A DNA stretch of 63,562 nucleotides, the filler included, from Nemertoderma westbladi (Eukaryota; Animalia; Xenacoelomorpha): assembly GCA_032718475.1 (NCBI GenBank). It is 4 parts of 4 records of this genome, joined end to end, with 100 filler letters (N's around TTAATTAATTAA, not from the genome) between each part and the next. Parts side by side here need not be neighbours in the genome. Positions count along the whole stretch, not along the records: positions 1 to 16,445 come from JAUCBJ010002941.1; 3 more parts are not named here. One strand, 5' to 3'. The translations under genes and the position numbers were made by a program. Below the pieces are notes generated by a model that was not told the origin of the DNA, did not search any database, and saw only the letters and a program-made list of their open reading frames with translations. Positions 1 to 12,000 of the stretch are shown piece after piece (within the stretch, counting starts at the first letter, position 1; each line of letters starts with the position of its first letter).

Positions 1-1233
1 CAACAGTAAATAGCAGTATAACAATATAAAAGTATGCACAGTGATTCAGTGTGCGTTAAGTTCATTAGTTTGCAGTTTGCATTGATTGTTTTGTTATGGT
101 TTGCAATGGATTGGTTTGATAACGGATATATGCCCTTTATAATTAAGCCTACTAGTGTAGACTAAAACAGAAAAGCACAAAATATTTACAAGCCGTTCTC
201 TCCTGGCTCAGGAAAGAAAGACCAACAACACTGAAAACTGATAAGAATAACCTTATTTACAAAGGCTTCCACCCAACACAGAGAAAGAGCATACAGATAG
301 GAAAATTCAGTTCAGTAGATCTGTGATAGGTCGAAATCAAAATCAACTCAAATTCTATTGGCAGATACTTTCCCAAGCCGGTTGGACAATCAAACGTAGC
401 CCAGATCCCTTCGCACAGCGAATCAGCCAATCAGCCGGTAGCTTGCGCTATTCGAGTTATAGATCCCTTTTTAGAGTATTCTAGCGACTGGGGGGGAACT
501 GGTTAGCAAGGCAAACGAATCAGTTATCCCACAAAAGCTTTTACAGAGGGAGACATTACTTCCGGTTTCTTTAGTTTTTAAGTTTCTTCACAATTTTACA
601 GTTTGTAATTCCCGCACGTCTTTAGATTTAGCACTTGACCATTTGGAGTTAATAGAGCAAACTGACCACAAACACCAATAATTATACGTTTAGTGGGTTA
701 AAATTAATTTTAATTTAAAGCCTTATAAATAAGGGGAAGGTTAACTACAATGGCTCCATTTTGTTAGCAAATTAATAGCTTAGAGGTAGGGTAGGCTTAC
801 AACCAAGGCGTACTATATACTAACTGTACTATACTGAACTATACTATATGTATATAGTACGCCTTGCCTACAACTTTATGTCACCGTCACCAAGCAACAA
901 TCTCAAATCCAAGAGGGAAATTTAAATGGTGTCAACAAACACGTCTCTCTGTTGCTTCCACAGTTTATTGCTACCGGTACCACTTACTAGACTACAACTG
1001 TATGTAGAAGTGGCTGGCATATAGTATCGCTACGGTATGGTATGGTACCGGTAGTTGGCAGGTTGGTGGGGACATGAGTTTCAATCAATCTTTAGAAATA
1101 AATTAATTCTGCGCAGGAAACTCATTACTGGAGGTGTTATTCTGTTAATTAACCCCATCATTATTCCTTAAACTGTCACCTTCCGTGTGTTGAGACATTA
1201 GTACCCAAAAATATATTTGTATATTACCTTCAG

Positions 1234-1406
1234 CCTGGGAAGGTGACGACCCCGTACTGAAGTATCTCCATCTCGCCAGAGCAAACCCAAACATTACGGA
1301 CAACTTGGACAGAAATCCCTTACATATAGCAGCAGAGAGGGGACATACGGGTGCTGTTGAGATACTTGTGGACAAGTTCAGAGCCAATGTGTCTGCACGA
1401 ACTAAG
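1234..1406 (+). CDS. nompC: NompC/TRPN ankyrin-repeat exon (internal)
   Basis: cag|...|gttggt boundaries; translates (A)WEGDDPVLKYLHLARANPNITDNLDRNPLHIAAERGHTGAVEILVDKFRANVSARTK, which I recognise as the TRPN ankyrin stretch ending DKFKAS..RTK. Confidence 0.9.
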
Positions 1407-1599
1407 GTTGGTAATTATTCGGTAACTTGTATCTCTTTGGGGTACAGCAGGCCCTAGGGTAGAGATACAAAAGCTTACAAAGCTGACAAATAATGCGTTT
1501 GTGTATTTTTGTACTACAGTACTTTCTATATTACATTGTACTATGTTTGGATTGTCTTTTATCTATTATTGTCTTTCCGTTTAGCAGATCGCCCCCAAT

Positions 1600-2640
1600 C
1601 CCCATTACATTATTTTATGGAAAGTTATAATTCAGTATTATCGAAAAATACGAAACATACCAGTCCGAAAAAGAGACATATTCGAGTAGATAATTCAGAT
1701 GTTTTAACAGACAGTCCCCTTTCGATAACTAACGTTTTAAATGAATTTTATGCTAACGTGGGTCAGAGTAAAACGCGGTCCGGATCCGGATTCTACATTT
1801 AACATTGTCCCTACGGAAGTCGATTTTTTTTACATATTTATAACTCCCAAAAATAAAACTATAACCTGTTCTATTGACTTTAGTTTATTGTTTTGGTTAA
1901 AATAACGTGCCACTCTAACCTGCACCTTTTCACTTAATTGATAATTTTGGAATCCGGATCCGCGTTTTACACCTACCCTGCTAACGTAGGAAAAGGTGAA
2001 GACTCAAAACTTCCACACTCATTAAAATAATAAATGATAAAAGGGATAAAGTCCCCTTCAAAATAATTTTCATTAGTTGAAACTACACCAGTTGAGGTGG
2101 AATAGGCCTACCATATTTTTCGAGACAGGGGGGGGGGGGGGGTGGGGGGGAGTGGACGCAAATCCCATCTATCTTGGCGAATTAATATCCCGCCTCAATG
2201 TTAAATTCTCAATTTAGGGAAAGGAGTAGGTTACAGAGGCACGTTATTTTAACCAAAACAATAAACTAAACACAATAGAACAGGTTACAGTTTTATTTTT
2301 GAGAATAATCGGCTGTTATTGGCGTCGAATTTCCCCTGGAGAGGGATGAATTTTTATTGCGTCGAAAGTCCCCCCTATTTGTATTTTTCACATTAACGAA
2401 AACGCATCGTGGAAATCTGCAACATTTCCTAACCTACTGTACTAAAGCAGGCACGAGTTCAATGCCTTGCACGAGTTACACCTGTCTATAAAGCAGTCGA
2501 CACATTCGAGGCTACTAATTTCGGTTCTCCCTGTCTTTGGTAAAATGTACGAAAAATCCTTAACGACCGGCTGACCTTATTCATCTCTCAGAATAATCTA
2601 ATAATTGTAAACAGTAATTTTGGTTTCAGGAAAAAGGTCT
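1600..2640 (+). mobile_element. highly degraded CR1/L2-group LINE ORF2 remnant in a NompC intron
   Basis: fragments read NEFYANVGK, LVETTPVEV, PVYKA, ISVLPVFGKMYEK, FGFRK; interrupted by other repeats. Confidence 0.55.
1760..1978. mobile_element. 219-bp MITE with 9-bp TSD (Mutator-like)
   Basis: TIR GGGTCAGAGTAAAACGCGG...CCGCGTTTTACACCTACCC; TGCTAACGT duplicated at 1751-1759 and 1979-1987. Confidence 0.8.
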
Positions 2641-3254
2641 ATATCTACTAAAAATTGTTGCTGTAGGCCTACAGTATGTATTAATAGAGATGGTGGGTGT
2701 TTTTTCTAACTTTAATAATATTAATGAATAGTGTAAAATAAAATTGATGGTATTTACTTTTTCTAAAAATATGTAATACAATTATACAGTATTTATTTGT
2801 ATGGAATTAATTTTGCACTAACAAATCGCCAGGGCGTCATATTTTCCAACTTTATATCGCAGTGCGACATTATTTCTCAGTATTTCCCTACGTCATACAT
2901 TTACTAATACTGTACCTATTTCCGGTATATCCAGTATGTCACCGTGTCATTATTAGGTTGTTCTAGAAAGTTTAAGTGCCAAACTACAAATAATTCCACA
3001 CAAATTAATAAAATTAGATTCGCCGTTCATAATTATCACTTTAAAGCTTTTACGGCCCTCGTTTTGTTATTTCCCTCGCTCGTGCCGTAACGCTATATAA
3101 AATGTTATTTTAAGGACAATGACGTAATAGTTGGTATCTGATTGGGTAGTCCGACCAGTTGCGTATCTTTCGATACGCGGTAGGAACCCGCTGTATAGGC
3201 CCGCTTGTACAGCCCATCGTGTAGACTATTATTATTCTTTATTGTATCCAATAG

Positions 3255-3353
3255 GATGGGTCGACTCTCATGCACATTGCCAGTCTCAGCGGACATCCGG
3301 ACACAGCCCTCACGTTCCTCAGAAAAGGTGTTCCACTTCATATGCCAAACAAG
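3255..3353 (+). CDS. nompC: NompC/TRPN ankyrin-repeat exon
   Basis: tag|...|gtagaa; DGSTLMHIASLSGHPDTALTFLRKGVPLHMPNK, in phase with the previous exon; DGSTLMHIAS..LHMPNK is a TRPN signature. Confidence 0.92.
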
Positions 3354-3866
3354 GTAGAACGGCCACTCAATTAGATATAATCACAAAACGCATTTAATAC
3401 TTTATATAGTACTTTTACATATTACAGTACACACTTTTACATACTGTTACTTCTATAGTACAGTTATTTAGTACCTATATAATATAGAAGCCTATTTGCG
3501 GACCCATATTTTGCTTCAGTTATGGAAAAAATGTCAAATTTTCAATCTAGATGATTTATTATGTTGATTCTTAATGTTATTGAATAATAATTATTTATGT
3601 TCAGAAACGTTTCTAAAATCGCCGAGAAATTAATTATTCAGTGTCGCGAACACTGTAAAAAAACTTTTCTGCTATATGTCGATTTATTATAAAATTGTAA
3701 CATTACTACAAGTTAGAGCATATTTTTGTCGTTTGTCCAAACGGTATCGTAAAGGGATAGCAGTACTGAGAAATGTATATTATATAACACTGCAGTGCAG
3801 TTACTGGTGTTTTTGTACGATTTTCTGAACGTCTGAATCTGTTATATTTACCTTTCATTAACATAG

Positions 3867-4013
3867 GCCGGCGCTGTATGTCTGCACGTTGCTGCTAATA
3901 AAGGACATGTGTCTGTGGTGAAGGCCCTTCTACTGAAAGGGGCCCATGTCGATGCCAAGACGAAAGATAATTACACAGCCCTGCACATTGCAGTACAACA
4001 CTGCCAACCCTTG
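3867..4013 (+). CDS. nompC: NompC/TRPN ankyrin-repeat exon
   Basis: tag|...|gtgagt; AGAVCLHVAANKGHVSVVKALLLKGAHVDAKTKDNYTALHIAVQHCQPL. Confidence 0.92.
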
Positions 4014-6980
4014 GTGAGTTAGTTTAGTACAACACTGCCAACCCTTGGTGAGTTAGTACAACACTGCCAACCCTTGGTGAGTTAGCACAACACTGCCAAC
4101 CCTTGGTGAGTTAGTACAACACTGCCAACCCTTGGTGAGTTAGTACAACACTGCCAACCCTTGGTGAGTTAGTACAACACTGCCAACCCTTGGTGAGTTA
4201 GTACAACACTGCCAACCCTTGGTGAATTAGTACAACACTGCCAACCCTTGGTGAGTTAGTACAACACTGCCAACCCTTGGTGAATTAGTACAACACTGCC
4301 AACCCTTGGTGAGTTAGTACAATACTGCCAACCCTTGGTGAATTAGTACAACACTGCCAACCCTTGGTGAGTTAGTACAACACTGCCAACCCTTAGTGAG
4401 TTAGTACAACACTGCCAACCCTTGGTGAGTAAGTACAACACTGTCAACACTTGGTGAGTTAGTACAACACTGCCAACCCTTGGTGAGTTAGTACAACACT
4501 GCCAACCCTTGGTAAGTTAGTACAACACTGCCAACCCTTGGTGAGTTAGTACAACACTGCCAACCCTTGGTGAGTTAGTACAACACTGCCAACCCTTGGT
4601 GAGTTAGTACAACACTGCCAACCCTTGGTGAGTTAGTTTAGTACAACACTGCCAACCCTTGGTGAGTTAGTACAACACTGCCAACCCTTGGTGAGTTAGT
4701 ACAACACTGCCAACCCTTAGTGAGTTAGTAGAACACTGCCAACCCTTGGTGAGTTAGTACAACACTGTCAACACTTGGTGAGTTAGTACAACACTGTCAA
4801 CCCTTGGTGAGTTAGTACAACACTGCCAACCCTTGGTAGGTTAGTACAGCACTGCCAACCCTTGGTGAGTTAGTATAACACTGCCAACCCTTCTTGGTGA
4901 GTTAGTACAACACTGCCAACCCCTGGTTGGTATAACACTACCAACCCTTGGTGAGTTAGTACAACACTGCTAACCCTTGGTGAGTTAGTACAACACTGCT
5001 AACCCTTCGTGAATTAGTACAACACTGCCAACCCTTGGTGAGGTTGTACAACACTGCCAACCCTTGGTTAGTACAACACTGCCAACCACTGGTTGGTACA
5101 ACACTGCCAACCCTTGGTTTGTACAACACTGCCAACCCTTCTTGGTGAGTTAGTACAACACTGACAACCCCTGGTTGGTATAACACTGCCAACACTTGGT
5201 GAGTTAGTACAACACTGCTAACCCTTGGTGAGTTAGTACAACACTGCTAACCCTTGGTAAATTAGTACAACACTGCCAACCCTTGGTGAATTAGTACAAC
5301 ACTGCCAACCCTTGGTTAGTACAACACTGCCAACCACTGGTTGGTACAACACTGCCAACCCTTGGTTTGTACAACACTGCCAACCCTTTGTGAGTTAGTA
5401 CAACACTGCCAACGCCTGGTTTGTACACCACTACCATCCCCTGGTTGGTACAACACTGCCAACCCCTGGTTGGTACAACACTGCCATCCCCTGGTTGGTA
5501 CAACACTGCCAACCAGTGGTTAGTACAACACCTCCAACCCTTGGTGAGTTAGTACAACACTGCCAACAATTGGTGAGTTAGTACAGTACAACACTGCCAT
5601 CCCCTGGTTAATACAACACAGTCATAACTTGTTTAGTGCAACACTGCCAACCCTTGGTTAGTACTACACTGCCATCCTCTGGTTAGTACAACACTGCCCA
5701 CACTTGGTGAGTTAGTACAGTACAACACTGCCATGCCCTGGTTAATACAACACTGTCATAACTTGGTTAGGGTAACACTACCAACCCTTGGTTAGTACTA
5801 CACTGCCATCCTCTTGTTAGTACAACAATGATATACCCTGGTTAGTACAACACTGCCATCCCTTGGTGAGTTAGTACAACACTGCCAACCCTTCTTGGTG
5901 AGTTCGTACAACACTGCCAACCCGTGGTGAGTTAGTACAACACTGCCAACCCTTGGTGAATTAGTACAACAGTGCCAACCCTTGGTGAGTTAGTAGAACA
6001 CTGCCAACCCCTGGTTGGTATAACACTGTCAACCCTTGGTGAGTTAGTACAACACTGCCAACCCTTGGTGAGTTAGTACAACACTGCCAACCCCTGGTTG
6101 GTAAAACACTGCCAACCACTGGTTGGTACAACACTGCCAACCCTTGGTTTGTACATCACTGCCATCCCTTTGGTTAGTACTACACTGCCATCCCCTGGTT
6201 AGTACTACACTGCCATCCCCTGGTTAGTACAACACTGCCATCCCCTGGTTAGTACAACACTGCCATCCCTTAGTTAGTACAACACTGCCATCCCCTGGTT
6301 GGTAAAACACTGCCAACCACTGGTTGGTACAACACTGCCAACCCTTGGTTTGTACATCACTGCCATCCCTTTGGTTAGTACTACACTGTCATCCCCTGGT
6401 TAGTACTACACTGCCATCCTCTTGTTAGTACAACAATGATATACCCTGGTTAGTACAACACTGCCATCCCTTGGTGAGTTAGTACAACACTGCCAACCCT
6501 TCTTGGTGAGTTCGTACAACACTGCCAACCCGTGGTGAGTTAGTACAACACTGCCAACCCTTGGTGAATTAGTACAACAGTGCCAACCCTTGGTGAGTTA
6601 GTAGAACACTGCCAACCCCTGGTTGGTATAACACTGTCAACCCTTGGTGAGTTAGTACAACACTGCCAACCCTTGGTCAGTTAGTACAACACTGCCAACC
6701 CTTGGTCAGTTAGTACAACACTGCCATCCCATGGTTAGTACAACACTGCCATCCCCTGGTTAGTACAACCCTGCCATCCCTTATTAGTACAACACTGCCA
6801 TCCCTTGGTTAGTACAACACCGCCTTCCCCTGGTTAGTACAACACTGCCATCCCTTGGTTAGTACAACACCGCCTTCCCCTGGTTAGTACAACACTGCCA
6901 TCCCTTGGTTAGTACAACACCGCCTTCCCCTGGTTTGTACTACACTGTCATCCCCTGGTTAGTACTACACTGCCATCCCC
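3992..6980 (+). repeat. 29-bp (degrading to ~26-bp) minisatellite derived from the exon end plus splice donor
   Basis: unit AGTACAACACTGCCAACCCTTGGTGAGTT, roughly 100 copies; first copy overlaps the exon 3' end; higher-order block duplication (~5800-6075 vs ~6405-6680). Confidence 0.97.
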
Positions 6981-7053
6981 TGACGACCATTTTTTTACCC
7001 ATGACGGGTAAATTACAAGTTACTTGGCGTTACTTTTTAACAATACGTTTCAG

Positions 7054-7209
7054 GTGGTCCAGACGTTATTGGGGTTTGGAGCCGATGTGCAACTGAAAGG
7101 TGGCAAGATTCTCGAGACGCCGTTACACATCGCCGCTCGGATTACAGAGGGGGTTCGTGTAGCTGAGATGCTACTGAAGTCGGGGGCGGATGTGAACGCG
7201 TCGCAGGAG
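7054..7209 (+). CDS. nompC: NompC/TRPN ankyrin-repeat exon
   Basis: cag|...|gttagt; VVQTLLGFGADVQLKGGKILETPLHIAARITEGVRVAEMLLKSGADVNASQE; continues the previous exon in phase 0. Confidence 0.92.
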
Positions 7210-8049
7210 GTTAGTACAACAGGGGGCCATAACCCAGCGTCACCTTACAGGACCTCGGAACGATGAGCCTTGCTGGCCACAGTTATAGGGTCGCAGAAGG
7301 TTAGTTAGTAGGGTGCCATAACCCAGCGTCACCTTACCTATCGTAGTACAGATCGAGATCAACCTGTGTATCATCTTGTTTTATGGCACTCGACTGGCGA
7401 GATGAAACGTGGTGTTCGTCATTGGCATTCCTGAACGGTCTGATAAAGGTCACTGGTCTTGATAATGTCGCAGTGTCCGAGTGGATACAGCGCCTGACTG
7501 CTTCATGTTAGTGTTTAGCGGCACAGTATCAAATCCCACTAAAGGCTGTAAAAATTTCGCGTTATTGGGTTAAGATAAATGTGAATGAGTTGTTAATAAG
7601 AGTTGTTTTATTACAATCTAAATCGTAATTCGAAAAGCACAAAGTCACCGCACACCAAGAAAATACATAGAATTAAAAAAAAGTAGCTGTTCGTTCATAG
7701 ATAATTAATTAAGCATTTTATCTATCTACCAAAGTTACATAATATAATTGATTAATTACTGATTAATAAATTTCATACGAAAGGATAATCTTACAAATAG
7801 AAATAACAAAACAATAAAATAAAATCATGTAAACAAACAACAAACAAAAGCACAACACAGATGAAAATATGTTTCTCAAAAATAAATGTTTATCTCAAAA
7901 ATATGGCAGATTGATTATAGCTACTAGTTTCTCCTAAATAGTTCCCGATATGGTTCCATAACTTTTACAATTAATTCATTAATGAGTACATTAAATGGGG
8001 TGAGTTAATTACTGATAGCGATGGAGTTGGTCGACGAGATAAATTAAAA

Positions 8050-8295
8050 CATATACACGTGTATATATAGACCTATATACACGTGTATATAGGTCTATAT
8101 ACACGTGTATATAGGTCTATATACACGTGTATATAGGTCTATATACAGTACACGTGTATATAGGTCTATATACACGTGTATATAGGTCTATATACACGTG
8201 TATATAGGTCTATATACACGTGTATATAGGTCTATATACAGTACACGTGTATATAGGTCTATATACACGTGTATATTTATATAGGTATATATACA
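8050..8295. repeat. 22-bp near-palindromic minisatellite
   Basis: TATATACACGTGTATATAGGTC, about 10 copies. Confidence 0.95.
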
Positions 8296-9583
8296 CTGGT
8301 TGACAGTAGAATTAGAACATAAGATGTCCTGTTATTTATTAAAATTAAAAAATATAATATTAATAAATTAAATTTTTTATTCTTGGTATTACAATTACAA
8401 AATAATCATATTGAATGGGGGAATATTTTAGGCTCGTTAGGCCAAGGAATACCTGTTCCCCACCTCGTTAGGCCAAGGAATACCTGTTCCCCACCATCAG
8501 TGCTCTTCCACAGTAAACCTTCCCACTCTGTTCCCAAAATAATATTATTGCGAATTTGTCGGAGGAATTAATACATGTAAGGATGGAAACTTCACATATT
8601 AGTTGGGGTGGGAAGGTAACCCAGTAAATAAACCACTGAATGAAAAGGAAAAATAATAAAGTTAGAGGTAAATAAAATAAATCTTAATAGAAAAATATCG
8701 CCGATGTGAAGAATACCAGGTTTTAACGTTTCGGTCGAAATTCTATAGGAATCTTATTATAAATAATTTGTATTTAAAAATTTCTTTACATTATTAAGAT
8801 TTTTATAGCGCTTAGTTTTACTAATTCGTTTATTGTTTTGGTTAGATTAAGACTTTCTGCAACCCGAGTTTTTAGGGAAAACCTGGTATTCTTCAGATGG
8901 GGGTAAACTGCAAAGTGAAATATAACAGCAGAAAGTTTGTTAAACTTCACATTAGGCTAAATTATATACATAATAACCACATAGGAAACTATTAATTGCT
9001 TTAGCTGATATTATATTATTAATTTAATGCATAAAATTAAAAAAAAATTTTTTAATAAATTTGTATCGTGGATGATATAATAATTAATTACCCACTTTCT
9101 ACAAATAAGAAGAGGGTTTATAATTTTATATAATTAACTGTGATTTTAAGGTTTATTGTGATTGACATTTATGTCATAGCCGTTAACTCAGCACAAATGG
9201 AATTATCGCGAAGTAAAATAAATGCCATAAAATAAAACAATAAATTGATGTATATATATATAATACTAGGCTGAGATATAAATATGAGTGTAATAATTAT
9301 ATTAATATAATAATTATATGCATTTTTTTATTTAGGTTTTGTTTAAACCAGATAAAATTAAACATTATCCATTAGAGTTAGAAGTTAGAGCAGCGAACGA
9401 GTTATTCAATTTACAGAATTACCCGATAAAACCAACCCTGCAGTTACTGAGTCTAGTTTAATAAAACTAACCCTGCAGTAACGCAGTATAGTTAATGTCA
9501 ATCTGCATAATAAATAAATAATTGCGTTAATTAAATGCCTAATATCTTTACAGTGGTACCGGATGTCCCAGTAGGACCGCTAT

Positions 9584-11223
9584 CGGGTGCGGCTCTACCC
9601 TCGACCTTTTCGCCCCAAGTCGTTTCGCCCCACATTTTAGGGGCATATGGACTTGGGGCGAATCGACTTGGACAGTTGACTGATTCGCCCCACCTTCCAA
9701 GTCCATTCGCCCCAGATGATATTATTGAATGTTTTACTAATATTCTTTTTAGGTACAATATATTTTAGAAAGTGCAGAAGTACCAGATGATGACCAGAGG
9801 TTCACCATATCAATTTGTTTCACATGTAATTCATTATGTATGCTTCTAGGTCGCGCGGGTGCGAACCCTTGCCGAGCCACAAGAGTTGCCTATGAGAGTT
9901 GTCACTGTTGCATGTGAGTCACGTGATTGGTGATTCAATATATTGAAGCTTAAAAGGAAAGTAGACAAAAAGAACATTTGGATTTGCTTGATTTACCTTA
10001 TAAATTTGTTTCACATTATAAGATCTTGAGAAAATATTACGCGTAATCGAGGTTCAAAAGTGTTTGTAACATTGTTATTAACAAGATTTCTACTGTAATT
10101 TATTGCAATAGATTGAAGGTCTAAAAAATATTACGCGTAATCTAGGGTAAATGTGTTTGTAACAAGATTTCAATATTGCACTATCTACACCATGTCCCAG
10201 AATATAGTGTCGTAATTCAGTGACACGCCCCCCCCCCCCCGCCCCAAATTTTTCTATAAATCTCAATGAGATTGCATGAAATTTGAAACATAGATAGTTT
10301 CACCTCCCGACCACTGACTTGGTGAGCCAGAATTTTTATTTTTGCTTTCAATCTTTAGCTACATGTGTTTAAAAAAAGTGTCTCCAGCGATATTACACCA
10401 GTTACACCGCAGTTATTCTTCAACCGTATAGTTGTTTCTTGGTACCAATGGAAAGCTGGTCATGTAAGGATTCTAAATATGTAACACAATTTTAATTTCG
10501 TTGAAAAATAGCGTTCAAATGTTGAATGGTTTTGCACCTCCGCGAGGCTATTTTATTCTATTTAATAAATAAACCATATTCTGGAATATTTTGTTTATCC
10601 AAATACGTAGTTGGGCAACAATGCATTACATCTTTAATCATTCTATTACGTAGCTATCCATACATTTAAAAAATGTTCCACAATATGGTTTATTTATTAA
10701 ATAGAATATAATAGCCTCGCGGAGGTGCAAAACCATGCAACATTTGAACGCTACTTTTCAACGAAATTAAAATTGTGTTACATATTTAGAATCCTTGCAT
10801 GACCAGCTTTCCATTGGTACCAACAAACAGCTATGAGGTAGAAGAATAACTGCGGTGTAACTGGTGTAATATCGCTGGAGACACATTTTTTAACGCTTGT
10901 AGCTAAAGATTGAAAGCAAAAATAAAAATTCTGGCTCACCCAGTCTGTGGTCGGGGGGTGAAACTATCTATGTGTCAAATTTCATGCAATCTCATTACGA
11001 TTTGTAAAAAAATTAGGGGGGGGGGGGGGGGTGTCACTGAATTACGACACTATATTCCTGACATGGTGTAATATCATTGTACTGTAACTAAAAGGAATAT
11101 TAGTAAAATATTCAATAAAATCATCTGGGGCGAATTGACTTGGAAGGTGGGGCGAATCGGTCAACTGTCCAAGTCGATTCGCCCCTAAAATGTGGGGCGA
11201 AAAGGCGAATCGACCCGCACCCG
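9584..11223. mobile_element. non-autonomous DNA transposon with 8-bp TSD
   Basis: termini CGGGTGCGG...CCGCACCCG; ACCGCTAT duplicated at 9576-9583 and 11224-11231; inverted subterminal GGGGCGAA-rich blocks. Confidence 0.85.
10188..11068. mobile_element. foldback/MITE with ~400-bp inverted arms and TA TSD, nested in the previous element
   Basis: TA|CACCATGTC...GACATGGTG|TA; arms complementary over about 10188-10590 and 10685-11068; a degraded relative lies near 34560-34800. Confidence 0.9.
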
Positions 11224-11231
11224 ACCGCTAT

Positions 11232-12000
11232 CCTGTGGTACCAGTAACGCTATGGTACCAGTAACGCTATACTGTGGTACCACCGTACCAGTACCGCTAT
11301 ACTGCTGTACTGTGGTAGCACGTACCAGTACCGCTATACCTGTATATTGATGTACTGTGGTACCCTGTACCAGTTGTACCGCTACACTGTGGTACCACCG
11401 TATCCGTATCGCTATAATGTGCTACCAGTACCGCTATACTGTGGTGCCCCGTACCAGTACCGCTATACTGCTGTACTGTGGCACCCCGTACCAGTACCGC
11501 TATGCTGCTGTACTGTGGTACCCCGTACCAGTACCGCTATGCTGCTGTACTGTGGTACCCCGTACCAGTACTGCAGTACCGCTATACTGCTGTACTGTGG
11601 TACCATGTACCAGTACCGCTATACTGCTGTACTGTGGTACCCCGTACCAGTACCGCTATACTGCTGTACTGTGGTACCCCGTACCAGTACCGCTATACTG
11701 TGGTACCCCGTACCAGTACCGCTATACTGTGGTACCCCGAACCAGTACCGCTATGCTGCTGTACTGTGGTACCCTGCACCAGTACCGCTATACTGAGGTG
11801 CCCCGTACCAGTACCACTGTACTGCGGTACCCCGTACCAGTACCGGTATACTGTGGTACCCCATACCAGTACCGCTACACTGTGGTACCACCGTATCCGT
11901 ACCGCTATACTGTGCTACCAGTACCGCTATACTGTGGTGCCCTGTACCAGTACCGCTATACCGCTTTACTGTGGTACCCCATACCAGTACCGCTATCCCT
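11232..12000. repeat. GTAC-rich ~29-37-bp minisatellite abutting the ceramide synthase stop codon
   Basis: GTACCAGTACCGCTATACTG(CTGTACTG)TGGTACCCC units; the last unit overlaps the TAG at 11993-11995. Confidence 0.93.

Noticed and set aside
3992-6980. CRISPR-like array of ~29-bp repeats
   Set aside because: Units are head-to-tail with no unique spacers, there are no cas genes, and the context is a eukaryotic intron.
7395-7470. Hammerhead ribozyme / Penelope-like end (CTGATAAAGG, GAAAC)
   Set aside because: Catalytic core and stems are too degenerate to support the call.
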